Part shown: in pieces, positions 12,278 to 24,344 of the stretch
Position numbering within the stretch: the first letter of the stretch is position 1
How the letters are laid out: the number at the start of each line of letters is the position of its first letter
NCBI RefSeq assembly: GCF_036321535.1
Contig: NC_087472.1
Coordinates: 95,172,001 to 95,236,000, forward strand
Reading direction: 5' to 3'
Source of the DNA: Camelus dromedarius
Lineage: Eukaryota
DNA: 64,000 nucleotides
Notes under the pieces: model-generated
What the model was told of the DNA's origin: nothing
Seen by the model: only the letters and a program-made list of their open reading frames with translations
The model's database searches: none
Made by a program: the position numbers and the translations under genes

Positions 12278-13385
12278 TTCCAACATCCAGGTGGCCAAGA
12301 GACACATGAAAAGATGCTCAATATCACTAATAATTAGAGAAATGCAAAACAAAACTACAATGAGGTGTCACTTCACACCAGGCAGAATGGCCGTCATCAA
12401 AAAGTCTATAAATGCTGCAGAAGGTATGGAGAAAAGGGAACCCTCCTGTGCTGTTGGTAGGAATTTAAATTAGAGAACAGTATGGAAGTTCCTTAAAAAA
12501 CTAAAAATAGAGTTATCATATGACCCCACAATCCCACTCCTGGGCATATATCTGGAGAAAATTCTAATTCAAAAAGATATATGCACCCCAATGTTCATAG
12601 CAGCACTATTTACAATAGCCAAGATGTGTAAACAACCTAAATGTCCATCAACAGATGAATGGATAAAGAAGATGTGGGGGGTGTGTGTGTGTGTATGTGT
12701 ATACATACATACATACATATATATATATATAAAAAATGAAATATTATTTCATTCTTTTGTATGGCTGAATAATGCCATTTGCAGCAACATGGATGGACCT
12801 AGAGATTATACTAAGTGAAGTAAGTCAGAGAGAGGACAACTATGATATCACTTATACGTGGAATCTAAAAAATGATACAAATGCACTTATTTACAAAACA
12901 GAAACAGACTCACAGACAGAGAGAACAAACTTATGGTTACCGAAGTGGGAGGAGGGATAAATTAGGAATTTGGGATTAGAAGATACACATTACCATATAT
13001 AAAATAAACAAGTTCCTTCTGTATAGCACAGGAAACTATTTTCCATTGCAGGTTATTATAAGATATTGAATATAATCTGAAAAGTCATATATATTATTAT
13101 ATAATTACACATATATAATTTAATATGCTGAATCACTTTGCTGTACACCTGAAACTAACGCAACATTGTAAATCAACTATATTTCACAGGCATAGAAAAC
13201 AAACTTACAGTTACAAAGGGGGAAAGGGATAAATTAGGAGCTTGGGATTCTTAGACACAGTACTATAATTAAAATAAACAACAAGGTCCTACTGTATTCA
13301 ATACCTTGTAATAACCTATAATAAAAGAGCGTCTGAAAAATGCACACAACACACTCATATATGTATATATATGAATAGAACATCA
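12278..13385 (+). mobile_element. LINE-1 ORF2 C-terminus and 3'UTR, with a second tandem partial 3'UTR (~13187-13385)
   Basis: Peptides [27 protein letters not shown]...QPKCPSTDEWIKKMW and [19 protein letters not shown]. The 3'UTR block ACAAACTTA..GTTAC...GGGATAAATTAGGA occurs twice (~12925 and ~13199). Confidence 0.93.
12680..12730. repeat. (TG)n/(TACA)n/(TA)n compound microsatellite within L1
   Basis: Read directly from the sequence. Confidence 0.9.
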
Positions 13386-13469
13386 TGAAAAGAGTCTGAA
13401 AATAGGAGATCATAGTCTGAAAATAGATTTCCGTTCTGGGCATGGGTAATCCTCCTCTTCCTCCTCCTC

Positions 13470-13660
13470 GAAAAGGGAAAAACCTGGAACTAGGATATTC
13501 TACCCAGCAAGATTACCATTTAGAATTGAGAGAGAGGACTTCTTTGATAAGCAAAAACTAAAAGAATTTATCAATACTAAACCGACTGTAAAAGAAATGT
13601 TAAAGGGTCTTTTCTAACTGGGGAAAAAGGCTATAACAAGAAGTAAAAATTTACAGGAAT
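13470..13660 (+). mobile_element. LINE-1 ORF1 C-terminus (continuation of the 10365 element)
   Basis: AAAAGGGAAAAACCTGGAACTAGGATATTCTACCCAGCAAGATTACCATTTAGAATTGA resembles the ORF1 end motif P-R-I-L-Y-P-A-R-L-S-F. Confidence 0.85.
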
Positions 13661-16600
13661 TTGCTCCTAGGGAATTCAAGTGAATTTTTTCTGTTTTTAA
13701 AAATGTTTTCCTTTTTTGTTTGTTTGTCTGTATTATTCACTTTCCTCTTCAAGAGTAAAGGTGCTAAGTGTATGCATGTGTTTCTTTTTTCTCTATGGTC
13801 ATTCAGATAGTCTTTAAACACTACTTGCTATGAATGCCTTGTTTTCATTTCCCATCTCATAATCCCTCTATGCTCACTCTTCAGTTCCAGTCTTGGTCAA
13901 TTACATATCTTATTATTTATTTTCCAACTGTTGCCTAGCTTTCCCCTTTTCATGATTACCATATTTAACTTTATTATATTCTTGACCCATTTTGATTCTA
14001 GTAGACAAAGTGCAGGCAACCCTCCCTAATAAAAGACCGTATTGCTCAGAGAAAAATACCATTAAATGGGCATGAACCTTATCTGTTATGTTCTCACTTC
14101 TAAGGCGCTGTCCCTGAGTTGGCTTCTATTCACACTAGGAATACAAATTAGTTCTCCTCTTAAAATGAGATATCCATCCAAGCAGTGGTACAAGGTACCT
14201 ACCCATATCCTAGGTTTATATAAACCTAGTAATTGGAATAGGCACTCAGACAGACAGAAGAGTGAGTCTCATTCTCTCATCTCCTGCTACAGAAAGTCAT
14301 TTTCTATACTTTGGTATGCTTTTCTTTATAGAAGAACTTCATTAAGAATCCTTGTCTGACACAAGCTATCATATGAAATACCCTAAACAATTTTCCTAAA
14401 CTTTCATTCTTAGATGATAATGATGATAAAGTGGATTTGGGAGCCGTCGAGTCCCCAATTATATGTCCAAGCATATTACAGCATAGAGGTTTATGTAAGA
14501 TTTGATTAGTGTTTTCAGATTTGTACCAGTCTCAGAAAGCTGTTCTCTTCCCTTGCAGTTATCTTTCTGAATGATAGTCACTAAAACACTATAGCATAGA
14601 TGGAAAAAAATATCAGTTTTGAGGAGTGCAGATTTAATTACTCATCTCTAAAATGCAATGGTTGAACAACATATTTTTATATATACCTAAATATATGTTT
14701 ATATGTGTGTAAATATATAGATGTGTATATATGTGTGTGTGTGTAATGGGACTATCATGTAAAGAGTTGCCAATATTAGAAAGCAAATGTTTTTTTCTTT
14801 GATGATTAAGGTCATACATAACCCAGACCATGATTTACTTCATTCCATAAGTCTTTCATCCTTATGAATCCCCATCACATTGGCCCATCTAATGGTCTCA
14901 TCCCCTCTAGTTTACTCCATCAGACTTCCTTGGGTCTTCTCAGATCCCTTCCATCCTCACAAGCCCAACTTCCTTTTCTTGTTAATCTCTTGGTTCAGTC
15001 TGATTGTCCAACTGGGGTAAGGGGCTTCCGACTGTGAGTGAGGAGGCAGGGATGAACTGAAATGGTATAATGAAAAGTATCACATGTATTTTTCTTGGTG
15101 AAACTGATAATTTAATACTATAACACCAATATGTTGTTATTCTAATAATATCTGTCTCTTTTTCCCATCTTACTAACTTACTATTGTCCTTCGTTTTGAT
15201 CAGGACCTAAGAAGGGCTAGAGCAACATATGTTAATATCCAATTTTAGGAGAGAGGTGAGGAGGCACAGAACATGCCCTACCACATGTGATCCTGAGGCA
15301 GTCTCCACATTATTTGTTGTTCCATTCAAATCCGTACGCATTGCTACCAGGCATGTCCTGGAGAAACCTGTTTCAGTTTTTCCTTGCTGTTCTCGGTGAC
15401 CAGCAAACCCCACTGTAGTAGGATATTCAAATATTTATTTACTGGGGGATAAGCACTTTATAAAATTGCTTCTTCCTGATCTCCAGCCCTAATCAAAAGC
15501 AGGTCTGTCCTCTGCCTTGACTACTCAGGTCCCTCTAGATATGATGACTAATGTTTTTAGATAATACGCAAATAATTACTCATTACTGTGCTGTCCATAC
15601 TAGTATTTAATTCTAAACAGTCTTCAATGGCTACACTAAAAGAATCCAAGTACACAACCATGTGAAAATCAGATGCAGTTGAAGGACTCGGAGCAGAAGT
15701 ATTTGGGTCTTAAGGAAATTTTCAGAATCTCTCTATTCACATCAATGAGGAGCATGCTTATGAGCAAGATTAACCTCAAGTGTTTTCTTCCAACAAAGTG
15801 AACAATTAAGTGTCCACTAAGGATGTAGATACAGAAGACTGAATGATTATGTATGTAGAATGTCTTCAATATGAATTGTGTGTACCTATCAATTGAGATA
15901 AGATGTTCATCTGTATGCCATGACTCTAAAAGCTTTCACCTACTTTGTTTATTGAAGAACTTTTCTGTCCTTCAATAAACAAAACAAATGCCAGTGTAGC
16001 AAGATGCCACAGGGCCAGATTTGCTCTTTGAAGAATTCTGCTATCACAAAAATCGCTAGTTTATGTTCCCCCTATCCTTTTCTAGCACCTCTTTCACATT
16101 TAGAGTACTTAATTAATGGCTGAAACTAAATTGACATCCAAAGTGCTTGAAGACTTTGTGAAGAAAAGATGAGGAAACATCGAAGACAAACCATATGGGA
16201 TTTAGAGGGAAGTAGCTATAACTGAGAGAGATACTTGCACATTTTGACACTTGATGAATATGTAATGTTTATGCAAATGAACAGTTTTTTTCATTGAATC
16301 AGTACAGTAACTCTGGTATTCTGAATCTGATACCATTAGCTGTTGATTTAAACAGAAGTATTTTGAGTTATTCAATAACAATTCAGCTACTTAACTATAT
16401 ATATTATGTAGAAAGCAGAGGAGTTAGTGTAATACACCAACATCTATAAGTTAACAATACACATCTGAATTTCTTAAGCAGATTATGATGATGTAATGGT
16501 TCAGCAATCCAGAACAGTGCAAAATACAAGATGTTTGACCTGGATTCTTCCCTTCATTATTGTTTTCCAATATCATTTAAATGATACTTCATTATTATTA

Positions 16601-16734
16601 TTCTGGACCCATTAATGTTTCCCCTTCAGTTTGGTGTGTAAAGGCATCACAGCCTTCAAAAGAGCACACTAGAATTTTTGATTCTTGCTGCTCCCACCCA
16701 CAGGAATAAAACCTACCACACACATCAAATCATA

Positions 16735-16832
16735 CTTAGTTGGCCCAACTCTCCTGATTTGCCCAGGACACAGAACTTTCAGTGCTAAACCCGCGGAAGT
16801 CCCAGGCATCCCAGTACAAGTAGGCCACCTTA
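16735..16832. mobile_element. Small hAT-Tip100 MITE (MER96-like)
   Basis: CCAACTCTCCTGATTTGCCCAGGAC...TTTCAGTGCTAAACCCGCGGAAGTCCCAGGC...GGCCACCTTA, with imperfect terminal symmetry. Confidence 0.55.
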
Positions 16833-16879
16833 AGCCATCATTTATGCAACTGGTGAAATTACCACCTAGGAGTCAACCT

Positions 16880-17790
16880 TGATTGTTTCGTACCCTCAAT
16901 TCTCCAGATCTAAATTATCAGTACATCTCAAAGCCTCTACCATGAAAACATCTCCTGGACTCACCACTTCCTAGCTCTCACCTGTAGCCATAAGAGGCCA
17001 AGCCAGCATCACCCCTCACGCTGGGTACTCCAATGGCTACTGAAGTGTTCCCTTTCCAGCACTGCCCATTTACAAAACTCCCTAGCTCTGAATAAAGGCC
17101 ATGTGTAATCTTGTTTCTACCTACTTTTCCAATCTCATCTCTTGCTTCTCTTGAACCTGCCACTATGGTTCAGCCACACTAGCTTTTGCTCCTTTTCCTT
17201 AAGCATGCCAAGCTTAGCCCTGCCAGGAGTTCTGTCCGCTACTGTTTCCATTGCTTGCAGTGACTTTCCCCTGCTCTTTATGAAGCTGCTTATAGTACTT
17301 GCCATAGATTCTAAGGTTACGTATCACCTCCACAAAGAACCTTCCTTGATCACCCCATCTAAAATTCCATTCACATAAGTCAGACAGAGAAAGATAAATA
17401 CTGTATGAGATCACTTATATGTGGAATCTAAAAAATATAACAAAACTAGTGAATATAACAAAAAAGAAGCTGACTCAAAGATAACAGAGATAAACTAGTG
17501 GTTACCAGTCGGAGGAGGGCACTATGTAAGGGTGGGGGAATGGGAGGTACAAACTATGGGGTGTCGGATAGGCTCAAAGATGTACAACATGTGAAATATA
17601 GCCAATAATTTTGTAGGAACTGTAAATGGAAAGTAACCTCTAAAAACTGTATAAAAATAAAAATAAGTTAGTAGATCCTCAAGAAAAAATAAAGTCCATT
17701 CAGTGACTTTCAATCATATCACCACAATCTAATTCTCTGCATAAGTAGTACTGTCTGATATTTTCTTATTAAGCACTTGTTTATTTTGTA
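16880..17790 (+). mobile_element. LINE-2 fragment interrupted by an L1 3' end
   Basis: Pyrimidine-rich sense L2-like motifs such as CAGCCACACTAGCTTTTGCTCC and CCTTCCTTGATCACCCCATCTAAAAT. Confidence 0.65.
17374..17690 (+). mobile_element. 5'-truncated LINE-1 3' end with TSD
   Basis: AAGTCAGACAGAGAAAGATAAATACTGTATGAGATCACTTATATGTGGAATCTAAAAA and an A-rich tail. Flanked by AAAATTCCATTCA (17361) and AAAGTCCATTCA (17691). Confidence 0.88.
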
Positions 17791-20599
17791 TTTTAAAGTT
17801 AAATTTTAAAAAATTATGCAAAATCATATATACACAATAAGCACAAAACCATTTAAAATATATGCAAAAATATGCAAAGAAATATTTTAAACTAATATTA
17901 ATATGTGGCTTTGGGTGGTATGGGTTATTTGTATTTTCTTATTTATGTTTTCAGCATCTTTCAGATTCTATTATACAGTATGTTTTCATAATTTTGGAAT
18001 CAAACAAAATCAAAATCAAATTTACCATAAAAGAGTTTGAGCCTTGAGTCTGGCCTCGGCCTGCAAGCCTCGCTCCCTCACCCGTTATGGTTTAGGGAGG
18101 CCATCCTCTGTTCCCTTTGTCTTCCTGGTATGCATCTGTCATGCTACTTCTTGGATCATTTATAGTGTTTTTTTTTTCTTTTTTCTTTTTCTGTTGGTCT
18201 CTTCCTCTGGATTCTACACTCCACTGAGGAACAGAAAGCAAGGTCTATGTCTTTGAGGTTGTATTCCTGATACTTACGGCATATATAAACAAGCAAATTT
18301 GCTCCACCTTTAAACATTTCCAGTCATACCTATGCTATGCAGCTCTTCAACCATAATGAAAAAAGGTTTCACACTTCCAATTCCTATCTCCACGTTTGGT
18401 TGCATCATTTTTCTCAAAATAAGAATATGAACATATGTCAATAAATTGTATATACAAGTTACTTGTAATTGCTCAACCTACCAATTCATTCCTTTTAAAT
18501 TAGACAAAGCGTACACAGCAAACTGGCCAGGAAGGTTTGGATTTCCTATATACTGTTGTGTTACCCACATAAATACATCCTAACTGGATTGATTATGTGT
18601 TTCAGAATCTGCCCCCTTTAAATTTTGAGGGTGTCCTATTTATGACTACTGAATTGAATGACTTCAAATGGCATTCACCAATTATCTCTGGTAAATGGCT
18701 TAACATAGAAAAGAATATTATGCAGGAGTCAACTTTAGAATTAGAAGGGTCTTACAGACCTTAAAAGTTATGCATAATTCTCCTGAGAGTTAAAAGTGCA
18801 AGAAAAAAAGAAGCTCCTTAGGGAACAATTTCAAATCATAAAGCATGCAGATACAAAATAGGTTATAAATTGATAGGTTGGTCAGCATGGTTCTTAGGAT
18901 GGGTTCTAGTTGTTAGAGGAAAAATCAAAATGAGGTAAGACTCCACATAGGTTTACAAGGAGTTTGATCTATACAAGAGTAAAAATAGACTCAGATAGTT
19001 TCAAGGAGTCTATTAACAGAGACAACAAAACCCCACTTGTTTACTGACACCCAAAATTCCTCTAAAAGGATCAAAGCCTTTAATTACATCTTAAGAGTTA
19101 AAGCTCTCTGCTCCTGAAGATTGTTACAAGTTGATATAAATTCACACTAAGATCCAAGTAACTGATATCAGTCTTTCTTATGAGCAGTTTATTTTTTAAT
19201 TCCTGCTTAGATTTTTTTTTTTTTAAATGAGGTCCCTAGAAGAGAGTTTAGGGAAAAAAACAACATGATTTCTAATCCTATAAGATTTGAAATTTAAAAT
19301 CTTGGTATTAATACTTCTGACATTAATATGTCTATCTCTGAATTTGTCTTTCTCCTCACTGAGCAGGCACAGGAAATAACACAAAAACTCATGCAAATGT
19401 AGGAATGTGGACAGATACAAATCTATTGCAAGTCCTGTGATTGCTATGTAAATCATTTGCCACTGACTTTACCATATAGGAAACACTAAAAATATTAGCA
19501 ATTCTAATTATATCACTCTAATTTATACCAAGTGCCATGGATATGAAAGAGGGGTGGATAGCTAAACTTTTCTTGGAAAATTAGGTAAGATAATCTATGT
19601 GTTGGGGCATACAAATGAGTAGGAGGTTCCCAGGTCAAGAGTGGGGTAGAGGGGATTCAGAAGCAGCAATAGCATTATGAAATTTAGAAACCTGGGGGCA
19701 AGTTAGAACATAGGATTTTTAGAGGAAAATGGTAGGAGAGAGGGTCACAGGTACAGATAGGAGAGAATTACACTGTGAAGAAATTTGTTCCCATGTGGAA
19801 CTGAGGAGTGTATGTTTACTCACCAGGAAACTGAAAGCCATTTGAAGATAAGATTAGAATTTTTTAGTTAATTAATCTGGTAGGAAATTAGAAGATTAGC
19901 TTAAATAAGAGGATTTAATGTTAAGAAGACCGGCTAAGTAACTTAAAATATACCTGTCAAAATTACTGTTTTCTTCAATGGCTTTGAATTTTTCTCATGA
20001 ACATTGTATTTATCAAGCCTTTTATTATGAAACCATTTCTTTCTCAATGTGTTTTGTGTCATTTGTCTTTCCCTCTACAAAATCATGACGTCAGTATTTT
20101 ACAAATTAAGCACATATAAGGCTATGTAAAACATGTATTAACTAAAAAGCACCTTTTAAGACAATACAAAATATCCATGTAGTTGTAAAGAATACTGAGA
20201 AAAATACTAACATTAAAAAGGCTGATAACAAAATAAAAAATTAAGCCCTCTAAATTCATCCATTCTATGCAATTTTGATTACCATACTAAAATGGCTCTA
20301 ATTTAACATTTGTGTAAGCTAGTTTTAAATGGTATTTTTTTACAATAGTATTTTTAATTCCCTCAGATGTAAGAAGGATAAATATTTTGAGAAGTCACTC
20401 AAGATCTGAGTCCCCAATTTGCCATATTATTGTTTAGAACTTTGAATGAAAGTAAATATGAGACAAATACCATTTCCTTTATCTCTGGGTGAGATGTCTC
20501 ATCTTACTCGCAAAATAGGAATTGTGCTTACCCTTGAGGGTAATTCTCGGTATTATTTTAGCACAACCGTAATAAACGTAGGAAATGAAACACATCTCT

Positions 20600-22220
20600 A
20601 GGTCTCTGCTTGAATACACTGGAGAAATACCAAGGCAGTAAAGACCTCAAGGGTTAAGATACTGGAGAGAAGGAAATCCAGCGTAGGGAGCCTCAGATCC
20701 CATTCTGCATTTCCAAAGTGAGAAGCCAAGCAGAAAGCAGAGAAGATGAGCAGAGATTCCAGTGGTCCTATATAGCTAACAGGGCAAAAACTGATGATGT
20801 GGCTCACCAAGGATGAGGATCGCTGGCAATCACTCCAGACATACAGATGTGGTGGCCAAAGAACTAAGAGTGAAATAGAAATAGAGTAGCCTGTACAAAT
20901 ATGGAAGCCCTGTTACGAATCAGCTCAGTTCAAGATTGAGTTAAGTTTACTTGCCCCAGACATCACACATGCTGGAACCTAAAGCAAGTTCTCTCAGGAG
21001 GATATCATCCAGTGACCAGTAAGCAGGCAAGTGAAAATTAGACCAAATGAACAAAAAGCAAGAGGACAAATGACACAGAACCCAGGAAATCCAAATATGG
21101 AGGTTGTCACAGGTTGACTTTTAAATGACTATAATTAATATGTTCAAGAAAACAGTTGCCAGCACAGAGAATTTCAGCAGAGAACAGCAAACTATGAAAA
21201 AAATAAAAATCTCTAGAACTAGAAAAGGCAATAGCTGAAATTAACTCCATGAATGTGTTTAATATCACATTAGCTACAGCTGATAAAAAAGGTTGGGCAA
21301 ACAGCAAGATAGATCAATGGGAAAAAAATGCATGCTGAAGTATGGAGGGAGACAAGGGGTAGAAAACACAGATGAAATCACAAGAAACACACAGGACACG
21401 GGGGAAGGGTCACACACGTAACTGAAATCTCAGAAAGAAGAAAGACAGAAAGGGACAAAAACAATATTTAAATATATGACCAAGAATTTCCCCAAATTCA
21501 TGGAAGTCATTAAGCCACAGATTCAAGAAATACCCCAAACACTAAGAAGAAAAAATAAAATTGCTCTTAGTTTTATTGTAGTGAAAATGCCAAAAAATAA
21601 TAAAATCATAAAAGCAACAGGAGGGACAAAGACACATTGCTTTACAGGGGCAAAGCTAGGACTAACAGCTAACATCTCAACGTTCACAGTCAAAGCCAGA
21701 AGACATGGTTGAGTCCTCCAAATATGATGGAAAAAACTGCAAGCAGAAAACTTCCTACCCAGAAAAAAAATGCCTTTCAAATAGGAAGGTAAGATTGAGA
21801 CATTTTCAGAGAAACATATAGATGAATACTTGCCATTTAAAAAATAAAAATTAAAATGTGGTGTATGTTCTAAAATATATATAAACTATACAATTACATA
21901 AAAATGGTAACACAAAATATGAGAGGTTAGTGAAAGGAGTTAAAGTATACTAAGGTCTGTGTCATTCTGGAAGTGATTAAAGTACTCATTTATAATAGAC
22001 TAATGAATCAGTGATCAATATTGTAATCACTTAAATTATTACCCAAGGAGATTTAAAATAATGTATAAGCTGATACAGGGGAAACAGGCTATATTAAAAA
22101 CAAAAACAAAACAGTACGCCAAAAGAAGAAAGGAATGGAGAAAAGGTGGGGAATTTAGAAAGTATACAGTTTGACAGTTGATTCAAACCCAAATATATCA
22201 ATAATTACATTAAGTACAGT
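20600..22220 (+). mobile_element. Ancient LINE-1/HAL1-like 5' region and ORF1 remnant
   Basis: ORF 21476-21712 MTKNFPKFMEVIKPQIQEIPQTLRRKN resembles the ORF1 motif ENFP-L-K-I-PQIQEAQ-TP-R-N. Confidence 0.75.
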
Positions 22221-22445
22221 GATTGGTTGAATGTGGACTGGGTTATGGTAGAACTAAGTTTGGATGCAAGGAGCAACTATGGTGAGAGAGACTGAATGCC
22301 ACAGTGTCAGAAAGTATTAAAGAGACAGTTCTGAGACTCCAAGCAGAAAGCAAACCAGTTAAGTGAATGAAGATTTGCATGGCTGGTTGGGGAGTGGATG
22401 ATGAGAACATAAAGTAGACATGAGGTCCTGAAACTACTCTAAGAT

Positions 22446-22785
22446 TGTATATGAGTTTGCTTGGGCTGCAGTGAGCCAGTACCACAGACTGGGTGGCTTC
22501 AACAACTGACATGTATTAGCTCCCAGTTCTAAAGGCCAGAAGTTGAAATCAAGAAAGCAGCAGGGCTGGTTCCCTCTGCGAGGGAAGGATCTGTTCCAGG
22601 TCCCTCTCCTTGGTTTCTAGATGGCAGTCTTCTCCCTGTGTCTCTTCACATCATCTTCCCTCTATACGTGTCTGTGTCCAAATTTCCTCTTACTCTGAGG
22701 ACACCAGTCATCTTTGACTAGGGCCCACCCTAGTATCCTCATTTTAACTTGCTTATCTTTGTAAAGACCCCAACTCCATTCCACA
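22446..22785 (-). mobile_element. MaLR LTR (MLT1A/B-like), truncated
   Basis: TGTATATGAGTTTGCTTGGGCTGC...GTACCACAGACTGGGTGGCTT...GTGTCCAAATTTCCTCTT...AGGACACCAGTCAT...GGGCCCACCCTA. Confidence 0.85.
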
Positions 22786-23149
22786 CATAGGAAAGATTTC
22801 AAAACCTTATAAAGGATCAGTGCAGAGCCCCTAATAGAACTAAAGTGTTAGTGGACATCAGTTAATACCATTTCCAAAGAACAGAAGATAAGAATTAGTT
22901 CAGTTTTTCAATGACAAGATATTTCCTGCTCCCTTCCCCATGCCTAGAATGCTCCTCATACTCACCTCAAAAATGTTGGCTAGATTTCTACAATTCTATG
23001 CAGACATCTTACTCTTTCTGGCATTTTAATGACATACAATTGGACACACACTGATATATGTTGATTTCTTATAGTGTTACTTATGTTAAATGTTCAAATA
23101 GCTGTACTCCACTTGGATCTTCACATAACACCTTAATACAACCACAGTA

Positions 23150-24145
23150 AATTATACTTTCGATCCTCCAAGGTGGGCTGTGTGTAATCCAAGAGGTTTG
23201 TAAGATATTTTGTGTGAAGGAGGAACATGCAGTTTATGTTGCTATTTATTTTAATTCTAAAAATAAGAAAGAAATTAAGCTTTACTGATACTAATTTTTA
23301 GATCACTGAGTAATTTTGTCATCACATACTGGTCACATGTTGGTATGTGAACTGTTTTGAGGGCAATGGCAGAGTTCCATAATGAGACAATCTGAAGATT
23401 TTGTACGCCTAGTTAAAATCCATTGATTATTTTGTCTAGTTTTAACCAATCTAACCCTTTGAAAATAGATGTGACGTAGTAAGATTTCTGAAAAGAAACA
23501 TGAGTGGAGTTATTTCAAAAATTTCAAGCACAAGAGAAGAGCAAGCAAGTGGCAGAGCTGTCACCTCTAGCACGGGTTTCTCAGCTAAGACAGGAAGTAA
23601 AAACGGTGTCAACCTAATTATTGCTGATCAAAGTTTTCAAAAATATAAATCATGGAGAATACTATTAGAAGAATGAATTTACATTCAGTACTGTTTACAG
23701 TTACCTTTGACTTGAATGTATGATTTGCCTTGAGATATAAACTAATAAATGTTTGAAGCCATAAAAAAATCATAATATATTGTAGGGGGGCAGGGAATAT
23801 AACTCAGTGGTAGAGCGTGTGCTTGGGTTCAATCCCCAGTACAGAGGAATATTTAATTGAATTTTAATCAATTAAAAAACTTATAAGACATTAAAAAACT
23901 AAGCATCTAGAACGTGAAAACAAACCTCTACAATTGGAAAGCAGCAGCTTTTTGTACATTAATGATAAAATTATTTAAAATAATGTTGATAATTCCCTTT
24001 TCCATTTCTCTTTTGCTGTTTTTCAAAAATGCATATATTATTACATGTGTATATAAAATACAATTAAATAGCTATACATATATTGAGATGCTCTAAACTC
24101 TTTTACTAGCATTAGGGTCTAATAAGACAGTTGGGAAATGTATGC
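23150..24145 (+). mobile_element. hAT-Charlie DNA transposon relic with transposase N-terminal remnant
   Basis: Around 23715-23910 the degraded sequence reads like CMICLEI..N...KP....RH.KTKH.E, similar to a Charlie transposase BED-like region. It is interrupted by a SINE. Confidence 0.55.
23782..23873 (+). mobile_element. tRNA-derived SINE (camelid Vic-1-like), internally deleted
   Basis: A box TAACTCAGTGGTAGAGC and B box GGTTCAATCCC. Degenerate TSD AAAAAAATCATAATATATT / AAAAAACTTATAAGACATT. Confidence 0.8.
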
Positions 24146-24344
24146 TCTACATACGCTTTGTTTTTATTTAGAAGTAGATATATCAAGTGAGTTTCCAAAT
24201 GTAATTTCTCTCTTTAAAAATCACACTTATTTTGACAAAGTTTCTGAAGTTCCAAGATCACTTAAGGAAATTCTGTACAAATATAACTGGCTCATTAAAT
24301 GGATGTAGGATGCAACAGTGCTTAGTCAAACAACATAGTTGAAC

